From Marsupella aquatica (Eukaryota; Plantae; Marchantiophyta): a DNA stretch of 64,000 bases. This document shows positions 23,763 to 37,213 of this stretch, in pieces; the stretch's first letter is position 1; the number at the start of each line of letters is the position of its first letter. Position numbers and translations under genes: made by a program. The notes beneath the pieces were generated by a model. It searched no databases, had not been told where the DNA came from, and saw only the letters and a list, made by a program, of their open reading frames with translations. The stretch lies in NCBI GenBank assembly GCA_973895155.1, contig OZ316894.1:21609867-21673866 (forward strand). Reading direction: 5' to 3'.

Positions 23763-25592
23763 CAACCGAGATTGAAGGAGTTAGCAAATCAGGTATCAGG
23801 TTGTCGAGACACAATCACAATATCCTGTGATTCTTGACTTAACGCGTGAATTAAAAAATGCCAAAGAGACTAACGACGATGAGTTTCTGGAGGCGACAGG
23901 ATGCGACTTCTCTTCTATTTCATAGCATCAAGAATTGGAATAGCAACGAGAAAGGTCCCGCATACACTGTTCAATCTTGGCGGGTGCCACACTTATGTAA
24001 TGTTCAGCGTCGATGTCTCGCCAGTCCAGGTACCATCCACTACTTCGCGAACATAAATCACCAGAAAACTATTCAACTAGCGAAACGTCTTCGAGGGCAC
24101 CTGCACAAGTTCCAATCTTAGTTGAAGGTCCTGCTTTAACGCGGCGCCTGCCTTTAGAGAGTTACTATTCATTTTTCAAGAGACACAATTCAACTTCTAC
24201 AAGCCCATTACATCATGCAAAGTGTGTACCTGACCTGGTGGGAGCCCTGGGTAGACAAATTGGCTATCAACTGCTGGGCAAAAAACATTTTCGACAGGTG
24301 CATCGTATTTACAGGGGACTAGACATCTTGTATGTGCTTCCGACATGACGTACTAAGTTTTAGAAAGATGCGTGGGAGTCAGAATTGAAGGAAAAAATTA
24401 TCATTCGAATCCTTGGTCAAAGTTCGCAAATTAGCCACCTCAAAATGAAGCCTCTAAACAGTTTATGAATGTGGATCTTGGTGGCATAGAATAACTTGAC
24501 AATGCTTCTTGAGTAGTGTACATAAAAAGTGAAATCTGACCAGGTCATTGCATTACGCACAACATTTCCATTAGCGCAACACGGGAGATTAAACCATTCG
24601 TCTTCTTCCACTTCTTGAAACTGACCCTCATTGTTGCTCTACCTCCACGGTGACGCCTTCATCACTCTTTCCCATTTGTTATAATCTCCTTACTGTCAAA
24701 TTACGTCTATCAAAGAGGAATTCAGCGCTACACATCTTGATCTCACAATTGTAGGCAAACTACTGCATTTCAATAAAATTGGAAGTCTCACTGCGTGTTT
24801 TTATGTTCTCCTTGTCAGTAGCCTTTCCTACTGATCTTGTCGTATATTTCCTAAACATCCAAAACAAACCATTCTGATCGTGAGCGGCAGCCCCTCACGG
24901 TAAGGCTCATAACTTTGGAATGCATAAACTTTGTAGCCATAAGTTATGCTACAGTCCCAACTTTTTCAGTGCCATCTGTTCGGCTACAAAATTGTGCCAA
25001 AGAATCTGCTTGCCCGCTCCAACGCTACATGACTGTGTGAATCTCCTATGCTACAACTTCTCAGTGGCATCTTTGTCAGGATTCTTCGAAGAAAATGTGG
25101 GTATTCGAACGACAGCAAATCTCAGCGTCCAACCGAGCCTCCTCTGGTCACTCCAAAAGAAAGGGCTGACAACATCATGGCGTTTCCTGTAGCCTCCCAC
25201 ACGAATTCCCACTTCACAAGCAAGTATACTGTAGAGTGTCATACCCTCAGCTTCTTCGAAAGCATTTAAACATCATCTCCAAAACATTCGGATTTTTCTC
25301 AGACAGTATCTGAGTAACCTACCTCATCTCCTTCAGTCTCCCCAATATTAAGGTTCAGAGCTTTACGGGATCTTCTGTACATATTTCGACTTCTCAGAGC
25401 CGTCTCCCTGATATTCACCGCAGCCGTTTTCCTTCAGCCCATTATAGTAACCTCTGGGAACCCTCAACACGGTACCTTTCATGGTAATGATGCCTGCTTC
25501 GTTCAAATTCGTTCAAAAGCTCCCCTCACGTTGCCACATAGAGTGACGCTGATAACTTAACAGTCCTGATTTTGGACCGACGAGCAAAAACA

Positions 25593-26522
25593 CTAGAGCA
25601 ACCGTGTAGCAGTCGGCCGCAAGAGCCCCATGCCGGTCCCACTTCCCACATGCTTAAAAGTGGTCGCTTGTAGATCATCCCCGTGCCCTGAAAACCCAGT
25701 TCCACCCTTCTCAAGCGTCACGAGGTTCTTCACTTTGCAGCTCCGGTTGCAGACCAAACAGACCTTGTCCTTAGCGATAAATTGGTCACAGCACTTTTTG
25801 CAGAAAACATGGCCACAGCTACTGATGGCCACAAGAGTTGAGGTATTAGTGAATGTCACTGAGCAAGAAGGGCAAAGATACTTGTCCCCACTGAGATCGA
25901 TTTCCTTCTTTTCTCTGTACGGAACATCGGAGAAAGACACGGAGAACAAATCCTTCAGCTTCAGCTTCTCCTTGCCTTCGGGGCAAACGCTGTCCATGGA
26001 GGGAGCGTGCGCTCTCTCCTGTGCCTCGGGAGTGGCCGATGGTAACCAAAACGCTTTCATGGTACGAAGAGCCTCCTCCTCGAATGACGTGGATTTCACA
26101 CTGTTTGCCCCATGAAACCCACTTCTGTTCTGATCCACCGAGAGAATCAATTCATTCTCATGTGGAACTGCACTGTTGTTCAACCTGTCGAAGGCATCCA
26201 GCTCAGCCTCTCGTCCCGTAATCCTCTTCTCAACCTCAACTTCTCTATCCTGCCTCTCTTGAGATTCGTAAAGTATCAGCTTCCTCTTGATGTCCTTCTT
26301 CTGCGCGAGGAGGCATTCGTAGATGCATTCCTTGCAGAAAAGATGGCCCTTGCGACAGCATTGTGGATCGATGAAAGGCTTCAGACAGATACAGCAGGCA
26401 TCGAAGGGCTTGATGGAGTCTCGTCCCAGTCGCTCCTTCTGCGTGCCGTACCCCAGTTTCTTCCTCTCATCGTATGTGAAGAACGCCAAGTCATTATTGT
26501 TCTTCGAATGCCGCTGCGGCAT
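25593..26522 (-). CDS. NOSIP: NOSIP / CSU1 RING-type E3 ubiquitin ligase, intronless CDS
   Basis: MPQRHSKNNNDLAFFTYDE, GYGTQKERLGRDSIKPFDACCICL, KAFWLPSATP, C-terminal RING, KGGTGFSGHG. Confidence 0.95.
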   Translation of the reverse strand: MPQRHSKNNNDLAFFTYDERKKLGYGTQKERLGRDSIKPFDACCICLKPFIDPQCCRKGHLFCKECIYECLLAQKKDIKRKLILYESQERQDREVEVEKRITGREAELDAFDRLNNSAVPHENELILSVDQNRSGFHGANSVKSTSFEEEALRTMKAFWLPSATPEAQERAHAPSMDSVCPEGKEKLKLKDLFSVSFSDVPYREKKEIDLSGDKYLCPSCSVTFTNTSTLVAISSCGHVFCKKCCDQFIAKDKVCLVCNRSCKVKNLVTLEKGGTGFSGHGDDLQATTFKHVGSGTGMGLLRPTATRLL

Positions 26523-26769
26523 CTTGACCACAACTGACCCAACACTTCCCGCTGTCTATCGAGAGCACTTTACTAAACCTTGAGTTTCTTCCTCCAGTTC
26601 CACAAGCGCAAATCCTTCCCGTCCACAGAGTCTTCACCAAGTTCCAACACCCGAAATTTCTTGTTGAAAGGAGACGAACTCTTCCACTCCGCAAATAAAT
26701 TTATCAGAATCCTGCTCAAAAGAGTCCTCTGATTCCTCTCCCTCTCTCTCTCGAGTGGACAGCTCTGGT

Positions 26770-26778
26770 AAACCCTAA
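26770..26778. promoter_or_regulatory. Telo-box AAACCCTAA upstream of NOSIP
   Basis: Exact motif ~250 bp upstream of the ATG, beside a CT/GA tract. Confidence 0.45.
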
Positions 26779-27323
26779 TTTCCGCTCAAATTCCTCGCAG
26801 AACCTCCAATTTTGTCGAAAAAATAGAACCGAGCCTGGGCTATGGCTTCCGGCAAACCAATACCGTTCCCCGCATGATCAGCGTCAAAACTCCTCGGTAC
26901 CCCGTCTCCTACTCAACTCCAAAACTGAAGTACTTCACCTTCCTGTAACGCGTCCGTCATCCACTACCAAACCCTGCAATTTCTGCTACTCCTCTCAGTG
27001 ATTCATGCTGTTCCACCTCCAAAGCACAGACAAGGTTCAATCGTCGAGGAAACAGTGACGACCCTGCAATTCCTGCTACTCTTCAAACTTCAAAGGGGTT
27101 CATGCAATTCCTGCTGCTCCTGAAAGAGGTTCATTCGTTCCACCTCCAAAACACGGGACAAGGTTCAGATGAGTTTATAAAAGGGTGTGTCAAACCTTAA
27201 ACCACCACTAGCCATGACAAAAATGAGTTTATGAAAGGGTGTCTCAAACCTTAAACCACCACTAGCCATGACAAAAACCTAGTTACACCTTAAACCAGGT
27301 TTTACCATAAATAGTATCATTTC

Positions 27324-28128
27324 GAGTGTAACAACCATATGGGGTACCCCTCACAGGTATCAGAGCCAACCATGTGAGTGATTACAAATAGGATTGGAAG
27401 TGACTCAGTGAGGTCACTGAGTTGTGGACTTAGAGAATTGAAGCCATCATTTTTTGAAGGATTCGGCGAAGGTCACCGAATATCGCCCAAAGTGACAGCA
27501 AGATCTCTGAGTTGTGGATTTAGAGTATTGACACTAGAAGAAATCGGCCCATTCTAAGACCTGAATATGTGACCCTTTTTGGCTTTTATGACTTTATCCT
27601 GACTCAACGTCACGTGACCATAGCTGTGACCCTTGGAGTTACAAAAGTTATGACTAAAAATTGGAAGTCACTAATGCTACATTGTTTTTCAACTCAATGA
27701 TACCCATTTGTGACTGATCAATGACTCTTGGTTAGGGTCTGCCTTTGTCAATAATGATACCCATTTGTGACTGATCAATGACTCTTGGTTAGGGTCTGCC
27801 TTTGTCAATACATGATTACATTGTGATTCTCAATAGTCACGGGAGAAGTCACTATCACTACTTTGATGATTTTAAATAGCATGTGGTGATTATTTAGAGT
27901 GACTATGTTGTGGCGCTATATATGCTGTCACAACATACCACGGTTCTACAACTGTGACAAGTCGATTCATGAAGCCGTTATTGTTTGAAGGACCTTGGCA
28001 AGGGTCACCAAAGGGACTCAGTGAGGCCACCGAAGGGACTCAGCGAGGCCGCTGAAGGGATGTATGGCCCAACGAGGACGCTGAGCTCAACTGATATCAG
28101 TGATTGATTACTGATGGTTAACAACCTC
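27324..28128. mobile_element. Mutator-like non-autonomous insertion, 805 bp
   Basis: Perfect 9-bp TSD TATCATTTC (27315-27323, 28129-28137); GAG...CTC termini with an imperfect TIR; splits a repeat that is uninterrupted in inverted form at ~14030-14205. Confidence 0.75.
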
Positions 28129-28358
28129 TATCATTTCCTAAATTTGTGAAGCAATGTGGAGCTGGAGATGAGAAGAATCAGGTTTCACTGTAAATAGTAT
28201 CATTTCCTGAATTTGTGGAGAAATATGGAAAGGGAGAGGAGAAGAATGAGAGGCAAGTGAAGAGGGAGAAGTCTTGGACACTTCCCCATTTTATATGGCT
28301 AGTGGAGGTTGAAGGTCCGTGGAAAATACTTGTCTTAAAACTACCCGTGTCAACCAAC

Positions 28359-28420
28359 TGGCTTAGGTCAGTTGGCTAGGGGATGAGCCTGGAACTGAAA
28401 GGTCCCACATTCAATCCCCC
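28359..28420 (+). mobile_element. tRNA-derived SINE-like head (degenerate)
   Basis: A-box-like TGGCTTAGGTCAGTTGG and B-box-like GGTCCCACATTCAATCCC at tRNA-like spacing. Confidence 0.4.
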
Positions 28421-29219
28421 TTCCACACACAGGGTTGTGGAGGGTGTGTGTGTGGGTGGGATGGATTTTGTGGATAGTGGATGAGAGTTTTGATTATCTA
28501 CTTGGCCCTTGGTTGCCCACTTTGTGGCCCTGCTTTATTTCCTCTCCCTCCTCATGCATGTCCCTACAGGATCTGTGGGGGCTCACCCTGAAATGGGTTC
28601 CCTACAAAGAAAGTGTCACTATATATTGGTGTGGGATAAGACTACTAAGTGTTCTTCCCCATTTCCATTCAAGACAAACAAAAAAACCAGTTTCTATGAG
28701 TGGTCACAAGTGTGCGGACTAGTGTTTTCTTGTCAACCACTTTTTTCCAAAAAAAACGCCCTTGACCACGTCAGGAGGCAAAACCAAAGAGGATTGAGAC
28801 ACCTAATTTGCCTTCAGGACAAAAAGTGACAGACAGGAAAATACTTATGAGCACTTTCTTCACCGCAAACCAGAACTGCTACTTTTGGGACAGATTTCTT
28901 TTTGTGGACTTGAAGGTTTAGTTTGACGCCCTATTACTAGCCTCATTACCCCTTCCTTGAACAGAAATAGAACTGAGGACAACAAAATATATTTAAAACA
29001 TCATCACTATTTCTTTTTCTACTCTTCCCCCTTCTTTGTTTATTTGTCATATCTCCCCCCTTCTCTGGTGTTTGTCTGCACAATTATAGTTCATCTCTCC
29101 CTTCTCTATTTCTTGTCTCCACCCTCACTTTCAATTATACTTGAGAAGTTCCCCTCTAGCAAGAGACTTCACTCTAGAGGTTAGGCTTTCAAGGTAGTAG
29201 ATTCTCCACTCTACACAAT

Positions 29220-29720
29220 TGAAGGACCGCACAGGTTTGTGAAGGGCCCCAAAGACCTCCAAAACCAGCAGGAAAAACAGGTCTCTGAGGTAACACTTAG
29301 CACAAGCCTCCTCCTGGCTTAGGCCAAGCACATTAATGATATTGTGGGATAAAATAGTGGGACCAATTAGTCAGCCAGTCACCTGGCAACTAAATTTCAA
29401 GGGAGTGTGCAAGCTGCAAGTGACCGGGGAGTTGGCAAGTCAGTTGGCAACTAGATTCAAGGGAGTGTGTGAGTTGCTGCAAGAATGGCGTGTTGGGTAC
29501 GGAAAAGGTTCACAGTTGCACCTTCACGCCCATCTCAAGGTAGGGCAATATGTCATCATAATTAAATGGCGAGGGAGGCTTCCCGCCAGAATGACATTTT
29601 TAAGCAGACCATGAGAAAGAAAGACTGGGTCACAAGTCTCAAACTACTCAACATGACAAGAAATCAGGCAAGAAACGCTCCCAACCATGCCCAACACCAC
29701 AAATCCGGTGGCTAGAGATG
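29220..29720 (-). pseudogene. Highly decayed CRE-like endonuclease-domain remnant
   Basis: DLFFLLVLEVFGALH resembles DSFLPLALEIFGRLH of the intact element; an AWLGAF segment lies upstream in the expected order. Confidence 0.45.
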
Positions 29721-31885
29721 ATGGGGTAGTTCATCTGCTGTTGGTCCCATTTTTGGAGTTTTATTTTGAAAGGGTCCAGTATAAGGTTTATTTCTTGCTA
29801 ACTCCCACCCCGGCTCCCACCTGCACCCATACACTAGTTGTTCTTTTCTCCACCCCTCCCCCTCCCTACACTTCAATTCCTTTGACTGGTGTTTGACACC
29901 CTGACTCTGGTAGTCATTCCCTTCCACCTTCTTTGAGTAGTTTTCCATTCACCCCTTTGCCCCTGTTGCAAATGGCCTCGAGGCAGCAAGACACCACCGA
30001 CACATGTCTTGTTTGTTGAGAACTCCGGCAACGTCACACACAAGAAACCAGCAAGCATGCACACATCAACACCATGAATATGTGGTTCACCTTCGTCAAG
30101 GCTACGTCCATGGGAATACAGCAGCTTTTGGCCACCATGGCCACACCAAACGCCAATGTACAAACTCCATGATTGCTAGCCTAGCTCCTAGCTTGCTCTT
30201 CAACAAATGAGCATGAGTCTCTCCACGGAGCTTTTGGGTGCTCCTCTATATGCTAGGCACTCTAGTCACATCTAATCATCATGAAGCCCTAATGTTGATT
30301 AGACTAAGTCAAGTGAGCCCAAGACTAAGAGTTGTCCCTAACCTTGTTGGTGCCCCCTTGCTAGAACCAGGGGTAGAGGGTGGTAAAGGGGTGGAATTGA
30401 AAGCTAGCCACTATTTTGTCCCACTTCCATCTGTTGTTCCCTTTTCTCCTCATTGTCCGCTTACAGTCTATTCTGCCTAAGTGCATTGTCCATAAGTGCA
30501 AAATCTAGTCTACTACAAGGGCAGATTATTCTTCTTTTCTTTTCCCAACCTTTTTACAGTTTCTATGCAAGTATTATAAGTATGTCAAGGTCTCCACAAG
30601 ACGACAAAACATAAGTGCAAAATTTCTGTACTTAAGAGTACATACACACTTATCAATAAGAGTTGCTGCATGGTTCAGAACACTTATCGAGAAATGTGGG
30701 CACTTATGTTGACCATAGTGTATATATCGTTGCACAGGGTTTTAGGGCAGTCCAAGGATACACAAGGATAGTGCTGCCCTTCAATGAGTGCAATTGTCAA
30801 TTTTGCACTTATGACATAGTGCAAACCACAAGAATCTGCAGGCACTTCTCTAAAATGCAAGATCTCCAATGTCCTACTTATCCGGGTACTTATCATATAG
30901 TGCAAACCATAAGAATCCACAGAGACTAATCTGTAAGTGCAATATCATCAATGTTGCACTCGTCAAGTAGTGCAAACTTTGTTTTTAAGTGTCCACCTTG
31001 GGCTTTTCCCTGGGGATGTGCACTTAGAAAGATTGGTATCTGCTTTTTTCTGGGTCTCTGTTTCCCCTAAACAAATCTCCTTCGTTTGTTGGGTGATCAC
31101 CAATATTTCAAACTCTCTTTTAAGTGTTCTCCTCCAGCTTCGTCACGAGAGTGTGCACTTATAGAGAGTAGAGTGTATTTCTTTTTGGGCCTCCCCAACA
31201 AATCTCCAGTGTAGTTTTGTTGGGTGAAACTCTCATCAGGAGAAACTTTCTCCTGACATTTCTCCTCCTTGATCGACTCCCGGACTGAAATTTACGAAGA
31301 CCATACAACAATCATCAATTCTTAAAGAAAAAGAATTCGATTTAGACAGTGGAGCGGAGGAAGAATTCCCACATCGCATCTACCAATTCATTTGCCGCCT
31401 TCTCTGGTCTGGTCTGGTCTGGTCTGGTCTGGTCTTCGATCCATGTGTTGTATTGGAAATTCTCGTTCGCCGGGCCACAAAAATCTCTGAACGGAGAATT
31501 GTCAAGAGGATGCGCCACAGCGCAGTGTCTCGTGTCGTAGTGAAGAGGGAAGGGAGGAGGAAGTTCGGGCTGTGGCAAGGGTGACTGAGATTGCATTCAA
31601 GGCAAGAATTGCTGGCCGGTTAATTTGGATCAGCCGCTTGTGATTTGTCTTGGAAATTCAATACACGGAAGTGCCGCCGTCTAAAGCCCGGCAACTCTGT
31701 TCCGACTCCCTCTGTGCTGGGTCCAAATTGCTCGTACAAGTTGTGGATTAGATTTTGCAGATCCATCAGTTCTTGTAGCTGCTGGAGGTCTCGTCTCGCT
31801 CTGGGTTTGTTGAAAGCCAGCATCGGAGAGGCAGGCTCGAGCTAAATTTAGAGAAGTAGGGGAAGTTGTGGATAAGGAGAGGACG

Positions 31886-34800
31886 ATGGGGCATATCATA
31901 CGAGTGTTGTGCCCGGTGAATTTGCAAGCAGGTGACCGCGTCCTGTGGCTTGTAGGCGCTCCGAGCCTGCCCTTGACCATCCTCTCTGTGCTGCGCTGTC
32001 TGCATTACAACGAGAAAATTTCAGAGCCGGATTTCCAGACCGAGGCAGGTTTGTTCTCACTATGATGATTGAATCATGCCAGTAATGGGATTGTGTTTGT
32101 GTGTCATTTGAATGTTACATTTTTCGGGATTATGTGATATTGTAGTTGTTCGAATTTTAGGTTTTGGCCACTGCAGACCATTTAATCTGCCCTGCCTCCG
32201 TTTCCAGTACCCCACATCTGTCTTACGTTCCTACTTTCCATTTACAGGATACAACTGACGTTAAGCTTTCGATTGCCTGTCACTGTTTTTGAGGCACCTT
32301 TCTCAGGCTTTGCCTAAATCTGCTGTCTGAGTTGTTCGTTAAATTAAGGTTTTTCAATTCAGTAGGCGTGGGAAGAGTAGGGAGCGGTCAGTTGGTATTT
32401 TGTTCCTTAAATTCCAAGAGCGTCATCCAGCTACATTTTCTAAAACATTGACTCGGAATAAGGTACACATGGGAAACCCTAGATGTGCTAATTATATTTA
32501 TACTAAGCAAATTGAAGTTTCCAACTTTAAATGGGCTAACGCCAATTGTATTGGACCAGATGCTATTCGAGTCCTTCTTCCCAAAGGTCTTGAGATTGTG
32601 GGAGCAATTTGTGTTGATGACGGCAGTGCAATTGAAGGTTCCCAGTTTGCAGGGAAATTTGCATTCAAATTGCAGAATACGCTTAAACAGACAACTGATT
32701 CGGTGAAAGAGGCTACAGTAGTTGTTGCTTCATCATCGTCTGGATGCACGAAGATAGAATATAATCTCTATCTACCTGGAGACTCTCCCAAGCTGGAGTC
32801 TTTGGAGATTGCACACGACGCTGAGGACTTCAAAACTGCCGTATGGGGGAATCTAGGTCTTCTGCGATGTCAGGTGGAATTGACCGTGCCTCTATATCTG
32901 CCGATTCCACCAAGCTTACTAGGTGCTCTGCCCTATAAGACTCATCTCAGTAGCTAGACTTCATAGGATTTTCTATGTCACGAAATCAGCCTTGAAGAAC
33001 CCGGGATACTCTCATAGGATGCCTCGTGCTGCATGATGTGCAATGTGACCTAGTTTAGCAGTGTAATGTAGCCCTCAGTCATTAGTTTCTGAAACTGTCA
33101 TGGTCTCTGTATTCTTCTCTCCCTCATGGCTGGATAACTGATAAATAGTGTCATTAGCCTTGCACTGCACGTTGCAACATGAGACTGATTTTAATTAGGC
33201 AACTCTGAGATGAACGCCCGTCACTGAGTTGGTGTAGATTTCAAAAGACAACTGGGGGATGCTGTGGATCACGTTATGGGGGATCTGAAGAGCTCAAGAG
33301 TGGTATTGTTGGCCAAGGGTTCAACTTCGAAGTCTCGAAAGCAAGGGGTAGTGCTTGTACAACCTTTTAATCAACTGAGAGCCAATGACGCTGCCCAAGC
33401 AGGGACTAGGGACCTCACAAAGGATAGTGTTCACCACTCTTCCCTCTGTTCTGATTTAAGTCAACCACCATCGTTCTTCTCAACTACTTCAGGGATTCAG
33501 GTTAGTTCGTCGATTTCAAAATCATAGATTAGGAATTTTTGTCTACATGCTCATTGACATCTTATTGAAAACAGGGGCCAATTCCACTTTCCTATATGTT
33601 TTACGATATCTCAGAAAAATCAGGACAAAACTAGGAAGCAATTATTTCTATGACTGAGATGACGACGAACTATTTCGAGGCGGCCTGCATCCTGCTTGAA
33701 CTGTCTAGTACAAGTGTCGAAGGAAGTCCACGTTGGTCCGTAAAGACTCATGAATTGAGTGGTAACTTCTGTGCAGTTACCTGAGCCAGTTGAGGTGACA
33801 GTAATGCTACAACAGACAGGCATCGCTAATGGGAAAGTCGCAGCACCTGTTGTTCAGTACTTCCCTGGTATGTTGAAAATGTCATTCGTGTGCTGGTTCT
33901 GCTAATCGTCCTTCTGTTTGTAGCAGCTGTTTATGTCGTGAGACACCTCTCGGGGCGTGCATGTCGATCACATTAAAATACCCTTGGGTGGTTGGAATTA
34001 TCACGAGATAATTCGTTCTGCATCCTGCTAAGTGCTAAGAATTTTTTTTTAAGTGTTTCTCAGTATTCAGCTTGGCTCAGAAGTTCGGTTGTATCGCATG
34101 TGAGCTCTGGAGAATGTGTTGGAGAATGGGAAACCTTAATAGGCTGATACGAGTTATGGTGAGGTGCAGCTGCAGAGAATGCAGAGAATACAGTTACTGT
34201 CCACAACTTGAAGTTAAGCATGGCTGTTGTGTGCATGGGAGGTAGTGATGAGCGGCTCGTAGATGCCGCAACGGATCTAATTCTACCAGCACTCCGTGAT
34301 CAGCTGGGAGCCATGCACAAAGCTGCAGCAAAAAATGCAGCGCACAACGCAAAGGTGGACATTGCAAAGGTGGGACACGACACCTTGGGTACTGCTGGCA
34401 ACAGAAATAAAGATATTTTAAAAGAATGTAAGGCCTGAAGAGGGTAGAAGCAACTCTGTGTTGTTGATTACCTAGAAGTAAGGCAGACCTGACTGGATCA
34501 ATCCCTCCAGAGCTCAAGCAGACTCTCTCTCACCCATGTCGAAGTGTTAACGAAATTTAGAATCTGAAGGAATTTGCTTAATATTTTATCTCTTTAAGTC
34601 GTTTCTCTTTTCAGTTGCTGTGATTTAGACTGAAAACATTCGGGAATCCTTTCTATGGTAGCTTCTGCTAAGGATTCCACTCGACTTCTATAGAGCTTTT
34701 AGTATTTTTTGTCAAATGTACCAAATGTCCAATGCTGAAATTTGTCTGTGTGAGCAGGTGTGTGCTCATCAGTTTTGCCCCCCGGGATGGCTACATCCTG

Positions 34801-37213
34801 TCACGACCGTTTATGACCTCAGCAATGGTGAACTGGAGCTAGCCCTGGGTATGCCCATATCTTGTCCGACATATAGAACATGATCTGGGTCTCAACCAAT
34901 CGGTGTTGATGTAAACACTTGGAACTCCAAACCAAGAATTCCTGTCAGTATGCCTGTGGATTGTATAGCTGACACTGCCTTCGTCGGTATTACAGTTGAA
35001 GAAAGGAAAGAACTACATAGGAGGCTGGGACTATCACTGGATCGTCCGATCTTGCGTGCTGCAAATGCCGTGACCTTCAAAAACTTTGATCCTAACGTCT
35101 TTCGCTCAGGTAATTTCAGACTCAGAAGTATCAGACTTGCAAATGCTGACGATGTGCTGAAAGGAAAAAATGCACAAAAGCCTGAACCTTTCATTTTTAG
35201 ATCCGCAATTGTGGGAACTTTCTGTACAGCGGGATTTCACTGAAACTTTACAATAAATGGCAAGATGGACATTAGGATAACTGGGGTGGAAGTTTCTTTT
35301 CTATATGTTTCAAGTTGGTGTTCCCTCCATGCTGTCTGCCGTAAATAGCATTTATCGGAAAATGATAAGCTACTGATGGTCCAAGTATTTTGTCTTCGAG
35401 ACAGGAGGAAAGCGACTTATGAATGTTCATGCTAGCTTGGCAAAGACTGGAGGTATGCAGGATGTACATTCGAGTTTTGGACGCAGTTGGTTCATTCAAG
35501 TTTGGTTGACTGTGTACTCCCCTGGTTGCAATTGTTATTAGTCGAAAGAAGGACATGCAAGGCATTTTTGAGTGACTGAACAGGAGAGTGTCAAAGAGCT
35601 GTGCGGCCGTCGGTGATCACAGAATTTAGAATGTAGATTTGTAGAGAATTAATCTTTCTTTGTTCTAAAACAAGAATGATGCCTTGTGCTGGAGGTGTAC
35701 AGTGTCTGGCGGGCGGCAAAGTTTGATTGATGGTTCATACGAGTATTACCATTATCTGCAAGACCGATTTGATGACAATGTACTTCATATTCCCTTTCTT
35801 GTTTAGCTCATTGACTGGAAGAATCAGTAGTGGATGGTTTGTCTTGGCTGTAAACAAAAAGTTGGTGGCTGAGAGTACCATGGACTTCTCATCTCATTTC
35901 TTCTGGTTGTATATGTTGCTACGTTGCAGGGCTGGGGTTGCGCCTATCGTTCATTGCAGACAATTGTATCCTGGTTTAGATTGCAGCAGTATACAACTAT
36001 TCCAGTACCATCTCACATGTGTGTCATTTATCCGTCCTCAAAGAGTATATTCAATTATGGGCTATTAGACTTTGTTGACTAAGTCGATGAATGAAGCGTT
36101 GTTGCCAACAAGGATCTAGAAATTCTTCTGACATGTGAAATGCCTTAATGCTTTCTGCAATGTTCCCAATTTTGCCAGTAATTGTGACACGCTACAATAC
36201 AGTACCAACACTCCAGTCACTGGTGCAGTTGTATACAAGCTGTCTAGGTTTGAGCACCACTAATGCTTGAAGTTAATTAAAGTTATCGCTACATTACTTG
36301 TAGCCCTCATATATCTCGCAATGTTGCAATGCAGAGACATACAGCAAACTCTAGTAGACATTGAAGATAAAGAACCATCCTTCGTTGGATCACAAGAGTG
36401 GATTGGTGCTATCGAGCTCAGTTTTGTCCTGGACAAACTTTTGGGGGTAACAATTTGATGTTCTGTTATCGAAAATAACGCGGGAAAGGACCGGAGCTTT
36501 TAGTTGAGGACTTCACATTCAAGTTTTGACTTCTTGACATAAGCTTACACCTTTCTTTGTGTCAGGTGTCTTCGAAAATTCTGAATGTGCGCACGGGCGC
36601 TGATATGCCTAGTTTTTGCCGTGAGCTTGCCGCTCATTTCCAAACCCAAGGAACTCCAGTTATGATTGGTAATTGTTGTGACTTGACCCTACGCCGACCT
36701 TTCTTCCAAGTCATCCACTCCTCTCTCTCTCCCCCTTTTCACTAAGTTGGCAGAATTTTCATTTGAAGCAAAACAGCTAAAGCACTTCTTTGCAGCATTC
36801 AGAGTCTAGCAATGGAATCCGAAAATTGGTTTCTGTGGTATGCATTCCGTGCCCTGTAGCACTGACCAGTCCAGGCGAGCAAAATGGCATGAATATGATA
36901 TTTTACCTTTTAGTCTACGTTCTAGCTTGGCAAGCCATCTGGATAATTGAGTCTTAACGACGGCCTCCTATTACGTTCATCAGGAGGTGGTGTCTTGGCG
37001 TACACTTTATTGGGCGTGGACTACAATGAGTTAACTGGTGATAGTGCTTTTCTCATTTTGGATCCTCATTATACGGGAGGAGAGGACTTGAAAACCATTC
37101 GAAACGGAGGATGGGTTGGGTGGAAAAAGGCAGTGACAGATTCCGGTCGACCGTTCTTCCTTCAAAACAAGTTTTATAACCTTCTCCTCCCACAACGGCC
37201 AAACACAGTGTAA
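31886..37213 (+). CDS. UFSP2: UFM1-specific protease (UFSP2-type, peptidase C78), ~13 exons
   Basis: Approximate exons 31886-32048, 32560-32922, 33238-33500, 33777-33867, 34170-34369, 34758-34847, 34996-35109, 35405-35452, 35704-35777, 35930-36018, 36335-36447, 36566-36668, 36984-37213. Motifs: YYHYLQD, catalytic [46 protein letters not shown]. Confidence 0.92.

Noticed and set aside
31342-32005. Minus-strand short ORFs divergent from or overlapping the UFSP gene start
   Set aside because: No recognisable motif; includes a (GGTCT)n microsatellite; likely promoter/UTR sequence.
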